A DNA stretch of 64,000 bases from the NCBI GenBank assembly GCA_963767925.1, contig CAVYGB010000013.1, positions 64,001-128,000 on the forward strand, written 5' to 3'. The position numbers and the translations under genes are program-made. The stretch is from an uncultured delta proteobacterium. Lineage in GTDB: Bacteria > Myxococcota_A > Polyangia > Fen-1088. Below, piece after piece: positions 63,785-64,000 of this stretch (the stretch's first letter is position 1; the number at the start of each line of letters is the position of its first letter). The notes beneath the pieces were generated by a model. The model searched no databases and was not told the origin of the DNA. It worked only from the letters and a program-made list of their open reading frames with translations.

Positions 63785-64000
63785 GTGCAGTGGGATGAGA
63801 GCACGCTCATCGCGCTGATCAGGGAGGAGGTCCGACGCGTCATCGACGAGGCGGCGCGAGGCGGCGGGCCGGGCGGCGAGACGATGGATGTGCGCGAGCT
63901 GACCGCGCTCCTCGGGCTCAACCGGAAGACCGTCTACAGCCTCATCGCGTGCGGCGAGATCCCGGGCGTGCGGCGGCTCGGGAGGCGGATCGTTGTGCAT
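63785..64000 (+). CDS. Excisionase-like HTH_17 DNA-binding protein; runs off the window
   Basis: Manual translation ...[39 protein letters not shown]. Confidence 0.75.
   Translation, partial: MQWDESTLIALIREEVRRVIDEAARGGGPGGETMDVRELTALLGLNRKTVYSLIACGEIPGVRRLGRRIVVH

Overview
Very GC-rich bacterial DNA. Its gene repertoire (PEGA, DUF1592/DUF1552, Cys-rich lipoproteins, bacillithiol genes) points to a Myxococcota/Polyangia-like organism; this is inferred. Many genes between about 4 and 40 kb carry single-base frameshifts that look like long-read errors. Positions 1-49.5 kb are core and accessory chromosome. They hold cheY-cheA' and a hybrid kinase, and a DUF2760-Hsp70-Hsp70 operon whose DUF2760 protein looks like a divergent GrpE. 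Secreted and lipoprotein genes follow: Ppx/GppA-fold, LamG, M11 and M12 zincins, PEGA, DUF3105, VWA, TIG-discoidin and lactonase. The region also has a DUF1080x2-TIM-barrel fusion, two STAS partner-switch modules, bshC-bshB1-bshA divergent from a PIG-L/small protein/SSS operon, a DUF1592-DUF1552 pair, fabI and a Tat Gfo/Idh/MocA oxidoreductase. Non-coding features include REP-like palindromes, a 69-bp tandem repeat and several apparently leaderless promoters. Positions 49.6-64 kb are a decayed mobile island. It contains integron attC sites with eroded cassettes (nucleotidyltransferase, antitoxin/doc', JAB'), a truncated HNH gene, a complete IS66, an IS21-like remnant, an IS3, two 5'-truncated group II introns nested with an ExeA-ATPase transposon remnant, and an excisionase-like gene at the edge. 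No rRNA, tRNA or CRISPR array was seen.
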